20,000 bases of DNA from Chiloscyllium plagiosum (lineage: Eukaryota), in assembly GCF_004010195.1 (NCBI RefSeq), contig NC_057718.1, positions 85,348,917 to 85,368,916 on the forward strand. The letters are read 5' to 3'. Of the stretch, positions 19,779-20,000 are shown piece after piece. The translations under genes and the position numbers were made by a program. The first letter of the stretch is position 1, and every line of letters begins with the position of its first letter. The notes beneath the pieces are model-generated. The model did not search any database, had not been told where the DNA came from, and saw nothing but the letters and a program-made list of their open reading frames with translations.

Positions 19779-20000
19779 CCAAAGCGCAGCAGGTCAGGCA
19801 GCAACAAAGGAACAGGAGCATTGACGTTTCGGGCATAAGCCCTTCTTCAGGAATGAGGAGGGTGTGCCAAGCAGGCTAAGATAAAAGGTAGGGGAGGAGA
19901 GACTTGGGGGAGGGGCGTTGGGAATACGATAGTTGGAAGGAGGTTAAGGTGAGGGTGATAGGCGGGAGAGGGGGTGGGGGCGGAGAGGTCGGGAAGAAGA
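19779..20000 (-). mobile_element. End of a Penelope-like element interrupting the integrase; continues past the window
   Basis: aaagcgcagcaggtcaggcagc...gacgtttcgggcataagcccttcttcaggaatg is homologous to 7120-7200 and 9385-9432, followed by G-rich sequence. Minus-strand core CTGAAGA-a-GGGCTTATGCCC-GAAA-CGTC at 19823-19850. Confidence 0.8.

Noticed and set aside
1..20000. Other SH3BP5 exons (preceding ...KPYWEARRVARQ and following VMEAEQTK...)
   Set aside because: Looked for by eye on the plus strand and not found. They probably lie outside the window; tBLASTn would settle it.

Overview
AT-rich, repeat-dense vertebrate DNA. The repeat types (HE1-like V-SINE, Deu-domain SINEs, CR1, two or three Penelope-type families) point to a cartilaginous fish, probably a carpet/bamboo shark. 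This is inferred from remembered repeat consensuses, not a search. The only host coding sequence I recognise is one 165-nt internal exon of SH3BP5 (Sab) at 9895-10059 (+), with good splice sites but an in-frame TGA at a conserved Arg codon. The rest appears intronic: decayed CR1, RTE and L2-type LINEs, SINEs, two solo LTRs, and the 3' part of a decayed Gmr1-type Ty3/Gypsy element (integrase upstream of RT-RNase H) on the minus strand. Several short Penelope-derived inserts carry minimal hammerhead-ribozyme cores; two are foldbacks and one has tandem cores. There are two apparent locally templated insertions. No prokaryotic genes, rRNA, real tRNA genes or CRISPR arrays. Most ORFs in the track are spurious or TE remnants. 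I found no convincing wholly new system. Boundaries of old repeats are approximate.
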